Below are positions 26,391-26,943 of a stretch of DNA of 26,943 bases, piece after piece. The DNA lies in the NCBI GenBank assembly GCA_964491465.1, contig CAZBFT010000002.1:1-26943 (forward strand). The letters run 5' to 3'. Position 1 is the first letter of the stretch, and each line of letters opens with the position of its first letter. The position numbers and the translations under genes are program-made. Under the pieces are notes generated by a model. It did not search any database and was not told the origin of the DNA. It saw nothing but the letters and a program-made list of their open reading frames with translations. This stretch comes from an uncultured Pseudomonadales bacterium. GTDB taxonomy: Bacteria; Patescibacteriota; Microgenomatia; UBA1400; UBA12108.

Positions 26391-26943
26391 AAGCGTGAAT
26401 ATTGTCCCAAGATTCCGAGGGTACCAACACCCATTGATCATCGTAGACCCTGGAGTTTTTGGGATTAATAAATAATTGTTCGAGTCCGACACTGTGGATA
26501 TCATCCGTGCGGTTCATACCCAACAAAACTTTGAGAAAACTCCCCGACTCCGACTCGCTCACGTCGGTATCAATTGAAGATGCGACGGTAGATTTGAGGT
26601 TGGTGAGGGTGGTGGCGTTGAACAATGTACTACTACTAAAGATCTTTTCGCGAAAAGCCAGAATAATTTTTTCTTGCCTTTTACTTCTAGCAAAGTCGGT
26701 GCCTTCGTCCCCTATCGCATGTCGCGAGCGGGCAAATTTGAGGGCGGTCGCGCCGTCCATGTGAGTAGGCCCGGCGTCAAAATGGATATGTTCGTAGCGG
26801 TCACTTTCTGGGAGCGCGGTTTCACGGCCCGGAATGGGATATTTGTAGTCGTCAAAAGTACGGTCAACTACCAGGTCCAATCCGCCGACTGCGTCGATCG
26901 CCTGCACAAAACCCGAGAAATCGAGTACGACGGCATAGTGAAT
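26365..26943 (-). CDS. LytR-CpsA-Psr (LCP) family protein, 5' end outside the window
   Basis: Frame is open to the window edge: IHYAVVLDFSGFVQAIDAVGG, MDGATALKFARSRH, DFARSKRQEKII. Confidence 0.9.
   Translation of the reverse strand: MHYAVVLDFSGFVQAIDAVGGLDLVVDRTFDDYKYPIPGRETALPESDRYEHIHFDAGPTHMDGATALKFARSRHAIGDEGTDFARSKRQEKIILAFREKIFSSSTLFNATTLTNLKSTVASSIDTDVSESESGSFLKVLLGMNRTDDIHSVGLEQLFINPKNSRVYDDQWVLVPSESWDNIHAYVAENLVK

Overview
A 26.9-kb chromosomal window of a bacterium using genetic code 11. It is probably Patescibacteria/CPR (Microgenomates-like), inferred from compact NusA and HrcA, the pilN-pilO-small membrane protein-FN3 cluster and Pro/Ser/Thr-rich surface proteins. Left to right: nusA; four exported proteins; a class B dnaJ; a ~5.3-kb accessory stretch (upp, RBBP9/YdeN hydrolase, two GNATs, DedA/VTT protein, several AT-rich orphans, one with a CE-clan/Ulp1-like His-Asp-Gln-Cys signature); dnaK, grpE, hrcA; lepA; murJ; rpsT; a PilN/PilO-like plus surface-protein operon; a fused double GT-C glycosyltransferase (C-terminal half PMT/GT39); and a truncated LCP gene. 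No rRNA, tRNA, CRISPR array or transposase is evident. Main unexplained structure: (i) degenerate 7-8-nt-period repeats, present as two related ~120-130-bp palindromic intergenic elements and as in-frame tracts in grpE, lepA (twice) and the glycosyltransferase; (ii) a -10 box 6-10 nt before the ATG in 14 genes, including two overlapping bidirectional promoters; (iii) the CE-clan protease-like orphan; (iv) a candidate O-glycosylation system beside mucin-like surface proteins. All calls are by eye from motifs; no database searches were run.
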